A DNA stretch of 64,000 nt from Tubiluchus corallicola (lineage: Eukaryota > Animalia > Priapulida). Positions 11,850 through 52,037 of the stretch are shown here, piece after piece (position 1 is the stretch's first letter; every line of letters starts with the position of its first letter). The stretch covers positions 62,001-126,000 of the forward strand of contig JAQGDQ010000415.1 in the NCBI GenBank assembly GCA_030141605.1, read 5' to 3'. The notes under the pieces were generated by a model. That model had not been told where the DNA came from. It saw nothing but the letters and a program-made list of their open reading frames with translations, and did not search any database. The position numbers and the translations under genes are program-made.

Positions 11850-12814
11850 TTAACTTAAGCAAATTCATGTAACTGCTGTGTTGTTGGTTTCTCACCATAT
11901 TTAAAAAAAATAATATTAATTTTTTGATAAAGTACTGTTCTGAAAAGTAAGTTTTGGAGAGCAGAGAGTTACAAGAACGAAAACGACAACAAGATCACTG
12001 CGAAACTGTTGTGGAGATCGCTGGCATCTATTAGAATTACATAAAACATTGTAGAATGTTCCGTTTGAATGATCATCTTACCGTCTGGAATGTTTTGGAA
12101 CATTAGTTCTGGAAGTTTCTTCAGCGCGCTATATAAGGCAAAGCAGGCCGCTGAGACGGGAGCACGCTGATTCACACGGACGCCACTTACACATTCTCTT
12201 GTATACTTACATTTTCAGATACACTCAAACGTTTTCCAGATTTTCACATTTACAGTAATCATTTCGTGTTCCTTCATACTTTTGTGTCGTAGAATTCTCG
12301 CTAAATAAACTAGTTTAATTTGACGGCGTGTTTTCTGGTTTTTCTCTACGAGCCTTCCGAGAGAAACAAAACACAACAGAAACAGACCTCTTTATAGAGT
12401 TGCTTATCGAGTGTTCCATTCTATAGCCGACGTTATCTTTTCTTGCATCCAATAATATTTTTAACGTCAATAACGTGTGATAAGCATTTTTTAGACTGAA
12501 TAATTGTCTTATTAATATTATCTTGAGATACTTTCCTTGCATATTATGGTGGTAAAATTTTTCTTTGATAAAAGAAATGACATTTTTATGTTCATTTGAT
12601 GAAATTATAATGCGATTTTTTCCCATTGTGAAGAAAATAGAAAGTTATTCTTATGTGTTTGAATTGTGTACAATGAAAGAATGAAATGTTAATGAAACAC
12701 GTGGGATTATTTGGCAGGAAAAAGTTCGTGCCGCACGGAAAAAAACTTGAAAACTTTAACTTGAAATTTAAAAAAAGGTTAAAATTTTTTAACTCCGCGT
12801 ATTCGCACATTTAA

Positions 12815-13295
12815 AGGAAAACCTGTTCTAACCTTAAACTATAGTTTAAGTGCCTCAAAGCAGTCTAATCTGTAAAAGGGTTGAACTAGAAAATACATTG
12901 CATTTTTAACACTAACTTACTTAAAAAAATTATTACCCCAGACATGTTCACGCGGCTAGTTCTTCGCTGTTACAGGCATTTCGCCATTCGCTAGTTAGTC
13001 GGGTACTAGCGCCTGCATTTCGGAAACGCGTTGCGTACCTCACAGTTCATAGATGTCCAATTGTGACGTCGTGCACACGTTCGAGAATTTCTTGCAATGT
13101 AAACTTGAAATTTAAATTATTAAAGTTAAAATTTGCCGAATTTTCTGTGTATCGAGCTGAATATATTACAGCAGTACTGTACTTCAATTTTCGCTTTCTG
13201 AAACATGCGCAGTACGTACATTCCACAAGTACTTGTGGAATGTCTGTGCCGTTAAAAATTTTGTTCATTTATGACGTCACTGTAGGCAATTAATT
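12815..13295 (+). mobile_element. TTAA-flanked (Kolobok-like) family E copy
   Basis: Begins ttaa|aggaaaacc; shares the core ctagttcttcgctgttaca..catttcgccattcgctagttag..gggcactagcgcctgcatttcggaaac with copies at 38282, 40390 (inverted) and 47790. Confidence 0.65.
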
Positions 13296-14519
13296 AAGTT
13301 TTTAACCTATTATTCAATTATCAAATACACACATATATATATAGCTGTCAAAATATGTACTTTTTTCCGTATTTCGAAGTTTGGTGAAATATGAAAATTT
13401 ATCCTGTTTGCCTTTCACTTTTTTACTTTTCTCCCTTTCATATTACATCTTCATATCCTTTCACTTTTTCATACTCCTTCTCCTCCCTTTTAACCACCTT
13501 TTATTCTTGCACCTACGTTTTTCTTACTGTTTGACAAGTTATAAGGCCTGTTTGGGGCAGACCTTATAATTTATTAATTAACTTTTTTATTTACATGCCT
13601 GTTTTCTTTAAATTTGGTTTTTTGTATTTTCTCCATATTTATGTATTATTTGGTCATACCAAATGGCATAAACTGAACTGAACTGAACTAAACTAAACCA
13701 AACTAAACTAAAAACTGAACTAAACTAAACTACTACCATATGCAAATCATGCTCCTACTGCAAATGCTGACAACAGAAAATTTTTCAAAAAACGGCTATG
13801 TCATGTTGATTTTGGCAGACACTTCTAAGCAGCTATTCTAGTTCTTTGTGTTTTCATCGTAACCTTCTACAAATATTATTATCATCACTTTGTTTTAATT
13901 TGCACTGTTTTGTAGTATTCCTTTATTATTTTATTTCACTTTTTAACTGCCTTGACACTCGTGTATTGTACTTTGAAGATTACAAAATAAAAAAATGAAA
14001 TAGTTTAAAAAATCTAATAATTTCATTTTTAATGATATTCTTATTTTAATAATGCTGCTAAATAAGGAAAAACGTAAATTTATTGTTATTACCTATTACA
14101 TTCTAGTAACAGCAAAACCAAACCAAAGTTCCAAGATACAAGCCTTAAGAAATCTGTAGTAGGGTACTGCGGCTTGAATTTCAAATTTGATGTTGTTTGA
14201 TAACAAGTTTTCCGAGCTTCTGTTTACTAATGACTTGAATCACTGTTAACATTCCGATCTCCTAAATGTTGAATTTGCCCATAGATGGCGCCACGTTCTT
14301 TGTTGTCTGGAACTGTCTTGGCGACATTGGCTACTTTTCTTATGTTTGGGTAAGATGTTAAACTTACTGTAAAAGTTGGGAACACCTTAGGAACTTTTAG
14401 CACGAATATTGAGGCCCGCAGGGCGACTGTCTTAGTCCAATACTTTTCACGCTATACCTAGCAAATGCACTTAAGATCCAAATGATGATCATGATTACGA
14501 TACCAATCTGTGATAACCT

Positions 14520-15236
14520 TCCTCAACATACTCTAGATCACTTCTATCCTGCTTTGGAATATTATGAACCATTCCTTATTGATTCATATATATTATTGCA
14601 AGAGATGGTAATCAGTCTTGGAAAAAGTGCAAGTACATGGGCACTTTTCTAAGCACCGAAGATGACATAAAAAGCAAAAAGTAATGCATGCTTTTCTTCA
14701 GCACAAGAATGTATTAACTACCAAGAAATTAAGTCTTAACGTAAGACTTCAATTATTTAATGCATACGTTAACAGCATATTTATGTACAACAGTGAAACT
14801 TGGGGGCTTAACGATTACTCAAGAAAAGCAGATTGACACATTTCATAGACGTCTTTTTAAGAAAGTTTTAAAGATACACAGCCAAAAATAAAGATTTATA
14901 CACTAGAACAAAAGAAATTTCTTGGAATTTAAAAATCAAGATACGAAGATTAAGATGGCTAGGACGTCTTCTAAGATTACCAAATGAAGCACCAGTAAGA
15001 ATCGTCTTATAGGAAGCCTTAAAACCTTTCAAAAATTCACATGGCAAATCAAAAACTACTTGGATAGCTAAGATAAATGAAGATGTTCAAGAACTTCAAC
15101 CAAATCTATCTTTAGGAGTAGAAGAACTTACACTGTTAGCTGCAGATAGAAGTTCGTGAAATACTCTGATAAATGTTGATACCTCAATGCCTACAACAGG
15201 TGGAATGAGATTTTGAAGAAGAAGAAGAAGAAGAAG
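14520..15236 (+). mobile_element. RTE-like LINE 3' fragment with (GAA)n tail
   Basis: Translation fragments LNVRLQLFNAYVNSIFMYNSETWGL and KIRRLRWLGRLLRLPNEAPVRIVL...HGKSKTTWI; ends in gaagaagaagaag. Confidence 0.8.
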
Positions 15237-16774
15237 GGTTGCATAGATATTATAGCCAATTCACTATGTTTATATTGAATCCCTTTGTGTCCTTATTCAT
15301 GGACGTTGTAGGTCCTTTACCTTTCTTACATACGCTTCTTGGTTATTGTGTACACTTTTGATAAGTATGGTGTTCATTTTCATATTTTATTGTCCGGCAA
15401 ACTTCTGTTATTACTAGATTAATTCTAAACGTTTATAAGCCGACGTTTTCCTAACTGTAATGCATCAGTTTAGTCTTCACAGAATCGTAGTTTTGTGCAG
15501 ATGACACCCTTTTGTTAGGTCTCTGCAATGTAAAATACTAAAGTAACTTACTAATTTATCTCATATCAACGTGTAAATGCTGTAAAATCGAGTAAATATT
15601 ATTGTGATTCAAATTTCAATCAAGTTTTCCTTCTTTTTATATAGACAAGTATACATTCTAGCAAATGTTTCAGCATATTCACAAAAACATCAGTTGATTA
15701 CATTACGAAGAACTTGATTCAGTGACAATTTAATGCATTTTAGTCCTTCATACGAGTTCACGTGCTTCTGAATTTTCCACTTTTATTCTAAACAATAACA
15801 ATTCAAATAAGCTGATTTTTTAAAGTGGACAGTGGGTTTGATTTTCAGTTTCTAAACCAGATAATGACGATGTTGTGCTTCAACAGAATTTGTCACAAAA
15901 ATTCAAATACAACGAACGATAAAATTTACACTCTAAATTTATAGCTCTTTGAATTAAAGCAGGTATACATGAACAATTTTTTTCTTAAACTTTGAAATTG
16001 TAATGGTAAACATGCAGAATTTACAAAATGAAACAAATGAGCTAAAATAAAACCTAAAATGTATGTAATAAATAGTGCCTACATAATGCTAATTGTCCAC
16101 TTTGTATGTACAGGCCTAAGGTATAGATAACTGAATAAACATAGTATGTAATATCTATATCAAAATGCACTATTAAGATAAAAAACGGCTTGAATAACAA
16201 TAAACTTGTATAACACTCGACATAGCAACATTTAAAAAACTATTGAAGGTGGATTACAGAATCAATTCTATCCCCAACCATGTTGAAAAATCGGAAGTTA
16301 TTCATGCAAATCTGTAATCACATTGTATCAAAACTGCTGTAGCAACCGGCTGTTGCATCGTTCCAGGAAGCAACTCGCTGGAACTACTTTTGCGACAGTT
16401 TATCGGTAACCGTGGCCACTTTTGCAACCACAACACAGCTAGGTGGCAAGACTCGAAGTTAGTTTGCCCTTTTTTATATCTAAAATATGCCATTTTGCCT
16501 CTAGGAGAAGTTGGCAGGTCAATAGAAGTTTCATTTATAATATTTGCTATCCAAAGCTTTTAAACAGCTTAAACAACTTTTGTAGCATTTTGTAAGTTTG
16601 GATTTTTGCATAAATTATAGTCTTCAAACAAGGCTGACGACTTATACAGTAAAAGGGTAATAATGATATGATCACATGTCCAGAAACAGAAATTTACATA
16701 ATTAATTTGTATTACAGTAACAGGAAGTATCCGTTGATGCACTTCTTGAATTGATTGGGGTTGTTACAACACTG

Positions 16775-16935
16775 CTTGTTTGATTGACTGACTGACTGAC
16801 TGCTTGAATGACTACTGAATGACCGACCAATTGAGTGACTGACCGACCGACCGAATGACCAACTGACTGACTGACTGATAGACGGAAGGACGGATGGACC
16901 AACCGACCAATTAACTGACTGACTGACTGATTGAC
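16775..16935. repeat. (ACTG/ACCG)n degenerate tetranucleotide microsatellite
   Basis: gactgactgact / gaccgaccgacc runs. Confidence 0.85.
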
Positions 16936-17494
16936 TCCACCTCAACAGCAACAACAACCTACTGACTGGTACATCGACCAATGTTCTAACTGGCGGTCTG
17001 AACTCTTGAGTCAGCAGTTAGCAAGGTGATTCCAAGCTTCGTCTCTTACGCAGGTTACAAATGTGGTTGATGCTGTTGACAAAATAAAAAACCGTCAACT
17101 TGCAGAAGAGGTTCCACTGTCATAAAATTTGGGAGGTCATGAAAACAAGCTCTGCATTTTGGATAAAAACAGCGAGTGTTACGTTTAACAAAACTCACTA
17201 ATGGTTAAAACTTTAAAATGGCTAACCCTTACGCTACGGCTAGTATGAACATTGTGATCAGTCTTTAATTATTTCTTATTTTTTTCCTCTTTTGCATGTT
17301 ATAGAATTGTCATAAGCGAAAAGAAAAGTCCAAACATTCCAATTCACATTTTTGTGCCACCGTGAATGGAAGTACACTTTGTAAGTATTAAGCTTTGGAC
17401 TCATGTCGTTGTTACTGCACTGCGATTGCTACCAAAGATTTTTCCTTGGAGCATACAAATTCTTAACAGCAAAAATACCAGAGTAGGTACAATA

Positions 17495-17879
17495 AGCCTT
17501 TTCACAGTTTCGTTGTGCGCACGCGCACTTGCTGTAGGTCAATGGTTAAGTGTACTACAGCAACGCGTCTTAACTACAACGTCATGTGACATGTAGGTAA
17601 AGCAAAGCCGTCAACCACATTAGTTCAGTAAATTTAGTTGTTTTACGTGGACTTTACACACAGATTAAATGCATAATTAAGTAGAGTATTTACTAGCAGG
17701 GTCTTGCTTGTGAACAAGAAAAAAACTGAACTAGGTAAGTTCTAACTAGTTGTTAAAACTGTTACTATTACAACAGCATGGGCTGCGAGGTGTCGCCAAG
17801 TGTACGCAAATGCGTTGTCTGGTACACTCAACCTGTGACCTTTTAACGATCATCATCAATTACTGGAAAAGTGAAAAGA
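17495..17879 (+). mobile_element. MITE family A, copy 2
   Basis: Colinear similarity to 10797-11182; left TIR intact. Confidence 0.8.
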
Positions 17880-18288
17880 AATTTCCAATACTTTTTGTTC
17901 AAGCAACATTTCAACAGTACCCTCTAGAGCTCATTATCTTAAAATCTATTATTTTTTAACTATTTCTCTGGACATCGTTTTTTCCGTTTTTTTACTAAAA
18001 CGAGCTATCAGTTGTAATTAATAATTAACAGAATTAAAACAATCGTTAAAATAAAATTCAACGTAATATGGAAGCAGATTCTTGTGCCTTAAAAAACTTC
18101 AATGGAATTCGTAGCACATAAATTGATGCTACGAATGTTGAATGATATCCAGGCTATATCACCGGTATTTACATCGACAGAGACGTTGTGAACCTTATGG
18201 GTATGATGACGTATCAGTGATTCGCAATGCTACAGCAGGACGTTCGTCATAAAGGATTTTTCATTAATTCGGTATACGACGGGGGCAC

Positions 18289-45865
<27,577 letters not shown>

Positions 45866-45909
45866 CTGAAACAAAAAAAAATTCTTGAAGCAAATCGCAT
45901 GAGGGTGTG

Positions 45910-46350
45910 GCGCGTTCAGACGAGCGAGTTTTCTCTCTGACAGCAAACTCGCAAGTGTGAACTGCTTTGCGAATTACTATCGGCAAGTTATTGGAAACTC
46001 TCTGACAGTTGCTGCGAGTTGATTTCCTGCGAGTTACCGTCTAGTGTGAACGCCGCGACGAGTTACTCTCGACACTTCTCTACAGTGAATAGAAAAGTGA
46101 GTCCTCGCGCGTACTGTCGGAGAGTAACTCACTGCAAGTTTTGCTCTCTAGTCTGAACGTACTTGCGAGTTGATTTACTGTCTAATGTGCACGCCTCAAA
46201 GAGTTACTCTCGGCACATCTCTACCGTGAATAGAGAAGCGAGTGTCAGCTCGCGCTTACTGTCGGAGAGTAACTCACTGCAAGTTTTGCTCTCTAGTCTG
46301 AACGTACTTGCGAGATACTTGCGAAGAAACTCGCTAATCTGAACGCCCCA
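45910..46350. mobile_element. MITE with internal subrepeats
   Basis: Ends gcgttcagacgagcgagttt...aaactcgctaatctgaacgc; related fragment at ~58535-58690. Confidence 0.6.
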
Positions 46351-47309
46351 CTTTATGAACGCAAAAATGTGTATAATGTATAGTTCAATGTTTAATGGTT
46401 TACATAGGTAGCCATTGCCAGGCAAGTGCCATCAAAACATCATCATCATCAGCAGCCGCATCTTCATCCTTATCAACCTTATTATCATCATCATCATCGT
46501 CATCATCATCATCATCATCATCAACATCATCATCATTACCATAATCATCGTTATTATCATCATTATTACTATCATCGTTGTCGTCATCGTCATCGTCATC
46601 AGCATATACGCATTATGTCAAAAGAATTCAGAATTCTAAAATAAAAGAAATCTGTCTTCAAGACAATTAAACACAGCAGTAATCCAGTAAAAAACTAGAC
46701 ACTGTTATGCGAATGGGTTGTCAGCACCGCTTCCGGATCAAATCCATCGTGAACAAAGGCACATTCAATGGCGGAAACCTTAGATTATAGCTCATCGGGA
46801 ACTCGTGTCACATAACATGCCACAGTTCGGTAATATAACAGAAGAATGACATAAATAAATGAACACATGACATAAATATGGTCGGTCATAGATAACGAAA
46901 ATCCCAATACTGTGAGAAAACAAGCGCCAATACATAAAACGAAACATATTCGTTCCTCTGTGGTTCTGAGAAACGTTGAGTTGCTGTGATTAATGCGACA
47001 GGTAAAGAGTTGCATATTACCTTGTGTAACCATTAGTAATTGTCCGGCGGCAAATAAAAGTCATATTAACGGGCAGGAGGCTGCTATGACGTAAATGCAT
47101 CTTACAAAGATTAACGACTATGCAGATATAAGCAGGTTTGTTGCTGTCAAAGTCATAGGAAATAAGTGTGTTATGGAGGCGATTCTAAAATGATTATAAA
47201 GGTTATCATCACATCTCTCGAAATTGTGCCTTTACCATCTTCATTATCATCGTCGTCATCATCATCATCATCGTCATCGTCGTCATCATCTTCATTGTCA
47301 TTGTCACCG

Positions 47310-47779
47310 ATTAAATAATAATTACCTCGGATAGTTAAATTTTGTTAAACTTTCAAAGTTATGCGCGGCTCAGTGAATCTACAAAGACTGGCAATGGCGC
47401 CGCTTTGTCAAATTCTTGGTGCCGACAAATAGGCACGGTACCGTGATAAGCATATCATGAACCGCATATCATGAATCATAAGTGTTCGTCTGTGACGTCA
47501 GTGTGACGGAGAGTTCATTTTCGTGACATCACATCAGCATCTCATAGCAATCTCCGTTTACGATAATGTGCCTGACGTGCAGGGAAGATGCCTACCATTG
47601 CACAAACTGCGGTTAGTTTGTGACGTAAGCGATAGATGTGTTCGGTTACCGTTAATTAACTTTCCAAAGTAATTATTAAAATAAGAAAAACAATTGCCAA
47701 CTCTTATAGATAAGAAAATGTATATTTTGGATAATAATTTAAAATGAGATTGAGTCTAATCAATTATCCGGTTTTCCTT
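47310..47779 (+). mobile_element. TTAA-flanked (Kolobok-like) family G copy
   Basis: Colinear with 56657-57184; ends ccggttttcct|ttaa. Confidence 0.7.
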
Positions 47780-47789
47780 TAAAGTTGCC

Positions 47790-48390
47790 TTAAAGCAAAA
47801 CCGGACCCAATCTTAAACTGTTGGTCAAACACCTAGTGTTTAAAATATTGAAAGGAAACAAGCTATTTTTAAAGAATGCCTTACGTAAAACAATTATTAC
47901 CACACAAACACAATTTCGCATTCGCGCCACTAGTTCTTCGCTGTTACATGCGTTTCGTATTCGCGAGTTGGACGGGCACTAGCGCTTGCATTTCAGAAAA
48001 CGTTGCACAAAAACAGATGCTGTATCTCTCAGTTCAGATGTGTTAGTTTGTGTTGAATTGCACATGTTCGACAGCTCATGCGTGAGCACAGCGGCAAATT
48101 TTAAATTTGATTTTTTTAATTTAAAACTTTCCTAATTTTAGTACAACACACTGAATATCTTACAGTAGCACTGTACTTCAATTTTCGCTTTCGTGAACAC
48201 ATGCAACACGGTCGTGGAATGTTTTTGCTGTTAAAAATTATGTTAGTTTGTGATGTCATCAATAGTTGGGCTCGCCCGCCTTAATTAAGTTTTTAATCTA
48301 TTATTTAATTATCAGAAACGCTTTTGCAGTATTAATTATGCTAAAATGTATACTTTTTACCGGACTTGAAAATGGAGTAGTATGTAAAAA
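47790..48390 (+). mobile_element. Family E (Kolobok-like) copy
   Basis: ttaa|agcaaaaccggacccaatcttaaactg start plus the shared core. Confidence 0.75.
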
Positions 48391-48639
48391 AATCATCTTG
48401 TCATATAGTGATTTCTCTCGCATCGCTCTGTTGCTGGAGCTTGTGAATTCACACAGAAGTCATTAAGTGCTTAATAATTTAACTCCTGATCATGAATATA
48501 CATAATGAATATATGCTCATAGGTTAATGGTCGATCTGTCTGGATGCTCTGAAGAGGGACTGTAGATCATGGCTTACCTTTGAAGTTACCGGAGCGATTA
48601 ATTGCGTAGAATAAGAGAAAGACTGTACTGGAAGGAGGA

Positions 48640-48759
48640 AACTACGGCCAAATCACGTTGAAAACACCGGTTCTCGTCTGATCAGCGAAGTTAAGCAACG
48701 TAGAACCTGGTTAGTACTTGGATGGGTGGCCGCCTAGGAATACCAGGTGCTGTAGGCTT
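48640..48759 (+). rRNA. 5S: 5S rRNA-like sequence (near full length; likely SINE head or pseudogene)
   Basis: ctacggccaaatcacgttgaaaacaccggttctcgtctgatcagcgaagttaagcaacgtagaacctggttagtacttggatgggtggccgcctaggaataccaggtgctgtaggctt aligns end to end with the animal 5S consensus with few substitutions; single copy, no oligo-T terminator. Confidence 0.85.
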
Positions 48760-49275
48760 GCGGGATGCCCACACTGTATCTCGACACTAGGCGAAGGAGC
48801 TGTACAAGCAGCCAACGGCTAGAGGGCGGAGGAGGTCAAGTGATCCAACGGCCATGTGTAGAGGAGTAAACCTTCCAAATCAGGAGTGGAGCCCCGAAGG
48901 CGGACCAGTGCAGCATGCTCACTGACTCCGGCAGCTCCTGCAGCCAACCTGGTGCCAAACGTATCGTTCCACTTTCCTTTGGACTACACCAGGGAGGAAG
49001 AGAGGGGGTTCCTGTTGTCTGGGCAACTCCGGATCTCCATACACCTTGCCCAGGCATGCGCCCTGGAGACGTTCAAGGATCGCACTGCTAAGCCACAGTC
49101 GATGCTGCAGCTCCATCAATGTGATCAATAACTGACTCTCTTGGCGTACACTCCATTGTCTTCCGAGACGGAACGATGCCAACCACAACTGCGAGGAGAG
49201 GAACGTCGAAATGAAACATGAGCGCGAGGAAGAAGAAAGGAGAAAGAAACAAAAAAGTGAAAGAAGAAGAAGAAG
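48640..49275 (+). mobile_element. Candidate 5S-derived SINE (SINE3-type) with a GC-rich body and (GAA)n tail
   Basis: The 5S head runs directly into ~470 bp of GC-rich non-coding body and a gaagaagaag tail; TSD not clear. Confidence 0.6.
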
Positions 49276-49742
49276 TAATCACGCTTCATACACATAAAAA
49301 ATGTTGAGAGTGAGGAAGGTAACGGATTAATGAAAAGTAAGCGTATAGAATGAGTGTTTAGAACTACGCCAGTATGGCGGTTCCAGAGTAAAAGTGTTTA
49401 TTCGTGTTTGCATCGATCCGCTATTGGAAACATGTTTCATTGTATGTAATGCTACGCATTAATTTGCCTAAACTAGTTTTGGATTCATTCCAAATTAGCC
49501 GTGTATCACTTTCATATAGGCTTCCTGTTCAGAAGGTATGCATTGTTGTAATCTTGCCAAAGTTTTTCTAGCTAGCTAGCTTGAAATGACGTAACTTTGC
49601 GTCATGGCACTCCGCCTCCTCCTTATCGACGATAATTCGTAGCTAATTCTCGGTACGTAGTCATTACATTTTTGGAATGTGTATGTAAATTGTTCATGTT
49701 CATTTTGACGTAGTCGTTAACTTAATGTAGTCAATGGCTCAT

Positions 49743-50500
49743 ACGTAGCATTTAGCCCTATTTTTTCTCTGCCTAAAACGCAGAATTGAGCTCTATTTTT
49801 TCTCTGCCTAAAACGTAGCATGTAGCTCTATTTTTGTCTCTGTCTTAAACGTAGAATTTACCTCTATTTCTTCTCTGCCTAAAACGTAGCATTTAGCTCT
49901 ATTTTTTCTCTGCCTAAAACGTAGCATTTAGCTCTATTTTTTCTCTGCCTAAACCGTAGCATTTAGCTCTATTTATTCTCTGCCTAAAACGTAGCATTTA
50001 GCTCTATTTTTTCTCTGCCTAAAACGTAGAATTCAGCTCTATTTTTTCTCTGTCTTAAACGTAGCATTTAGCTCTATTTTTTCTCTGTCTTAAACGTAGC
50101 ATTTAGCTCTATTTTTTCTCTGCCTAAAACGTAGAATTCAGCTCTATTTATTCTTTGCCTAAAACATAGGATTTCGCTGTATTTTTTCTCTGCCTAAAAC
50201 GTAGGATTTAGCTCTATTTATTCTTTGCCTAAAACGTAGAATTCTGCTTTATTTTTTCTCTGCCTAAAACGTAGGATTTAGCTCTATTTATTCTTTGCCT
50301 AAAACGTAGAATTCTGCTTTATTTTTTCTCTGCCTAAAACGTAGCATTTAGCTCTATTTTTTCTCTGCCTAAAACGTAGCATTTAGCTCTATTTTTTCTC
50401 TGCCTTAAACGTAGCATTTAGCTGTACTTTTTCTCTGCCTAAAACGTAGCATTTAGCTCTATTTGTTCTGCGCTTAAAACGTACAATTTAGCTGTATTTA
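49743..50500 (+). repeat. 35-bp minisatellite (~21 copies)
   Basis: Unit cgtagcatttagctctattttttctctgcctaaaa. Confidence 0.95.
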
Positions 50501-51189
50501 TTCGCATGGCCATTATCATGTAATCGTTCTTTTACATATAACCATTGTAAATATCACTTTTAAATGTTCGTGTAACGTTAATATAACTGTGCACATATTT
50601 TGAATTTATCGTTCTTGTTTTCTATAAACAATTTCATTCTAATCTCATATTTACATCTCGCGAAACGTGGATGTGAACTTTCGCGAAAATACCAGGGTTT
50701 TCAGGCGCCCAGTGATTGGTTCCCCCCTTTTTTGTAAAGAGCTAAAAGATTAAACGTTCTAAAATGTTTACAAAAACAAGACTCTAATTCGCGTTCGCGA
50801 CAATTTATTTCAGAGAAACACGTTCATGTAACGGGCTTCGCAATCTTTAATTCCAATCGTATCAATTTTGAGTGGATCCAATCACTCAGCAGCCCAAAAC
50901 TGCTCACGCAATATCCTTGAATTACAATAATCTGTACGTAGTCAGTCCTTTAACGTGTTTTATCCAGGAAACCAGATGAAAGAGCTCTTTGTTAAAGACA
51001 CTCTCAGAAGCCTTGGAATCTTTTGACGATAAATCAGGATCAACATTTAATGGCTTCGGCAGGTTTCATATCAGTTCTATACAAAGCAGTTGGAGAGGCG
51101 CTTTTCATCATTTTGCTATAAACTTGAATAGATGAAATAAAACAACATGAGAATCAATGGCGAACCTATAACAATTCATCTTTCTTGCT

Positions 51190-52037
51190 GTTCCACACTG
51201 TTCCACATTCTGTACGCGGTAAATGTAACATTCCACATTCTGTACACGGTAAATATTATGTTCCACACCCTGTACATGGTAACTACAATGTTCCACACCC
51301 TGTACATGGTAAATATTATGTTCCACACCCTGTACCTGGTAAATATAGTGTTCCACACCCTGTACATGGTAAATACAATGTTTCACATCCTGTACATGGT
51401 AAATACAATGTTCCACACCCTGTACATGGTAAATACAATGATCCACACCCTGTACATGGTAAATACAATGATCCACACCCTGTACATGGTAAATACAATG
51501 ATCCACACCCTGTACATGGTAAATACAATGTTCCACACCCTGTACATGGTAAATACAATGTTCCACACCCTGTACATGGTAAATACAATGTTCCACACCC
51601 TGTCATGGTAACTACAATGTTCCACACCCGGTACATGGTAAATACAATGTTCCACACCCTGTACATGGTAAATACAATGTTCCACACCCTGTCATGGTAA
51701 CTACAATGTTCCACACCCGGTACATGGTAAATACAATGATCCACACCCTGTACATGGTAAATACAATGATCCACACCCTGTACATGGTAAATACAATGAT
51801 CCACACCCTGTACATGGTAAATACAATGATCCACACCCTGTACATGGTAAATACAATGTTCCACACCCTGTACATGGTAAATACAATGTTCCACACCCTG
51901 TACATGGTAAATACAATGTTCCACACCCTGTCATGGTAACTACAATGTTCCACACCCGGTACATGGTAAATACAATGATCCACATCCTGTATATGGTAAA
52001 TACAATGATCCACACCCTGTACATGGTAAGTACAATG
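51190..52037 (+). repeat. 30-bp minisatellite (~28 copies, some 29-bp variants)
   Basis: Unit tgttccacaccctgtacatggtaaatacaa; explains the many overlapping repetitive ORFs. Confidence 0.95.

Noticed and set aside
48578-48628. Possible minus-strand micro-exon with good donor and acceptor (ttccag/tacag...AAAG|gtaagc)
   Set aside because: Translation shows no Cys-loop receptor similarity; unsupported without transcripts
48836-49282. GC-rich short ORFs on both strands
   Set aside because: They lie inside the 5S-headed element body with no protein similarity recognised
51108-52024. Repeat proteins such as (CTGCGTLYLP)n or (VEHCIYHVQG)n resembling metal-binding repeats
   Set aside because: Products of a stop-poor 30-bp minisatellite; 29-bp units break the frame and no splice context was seen
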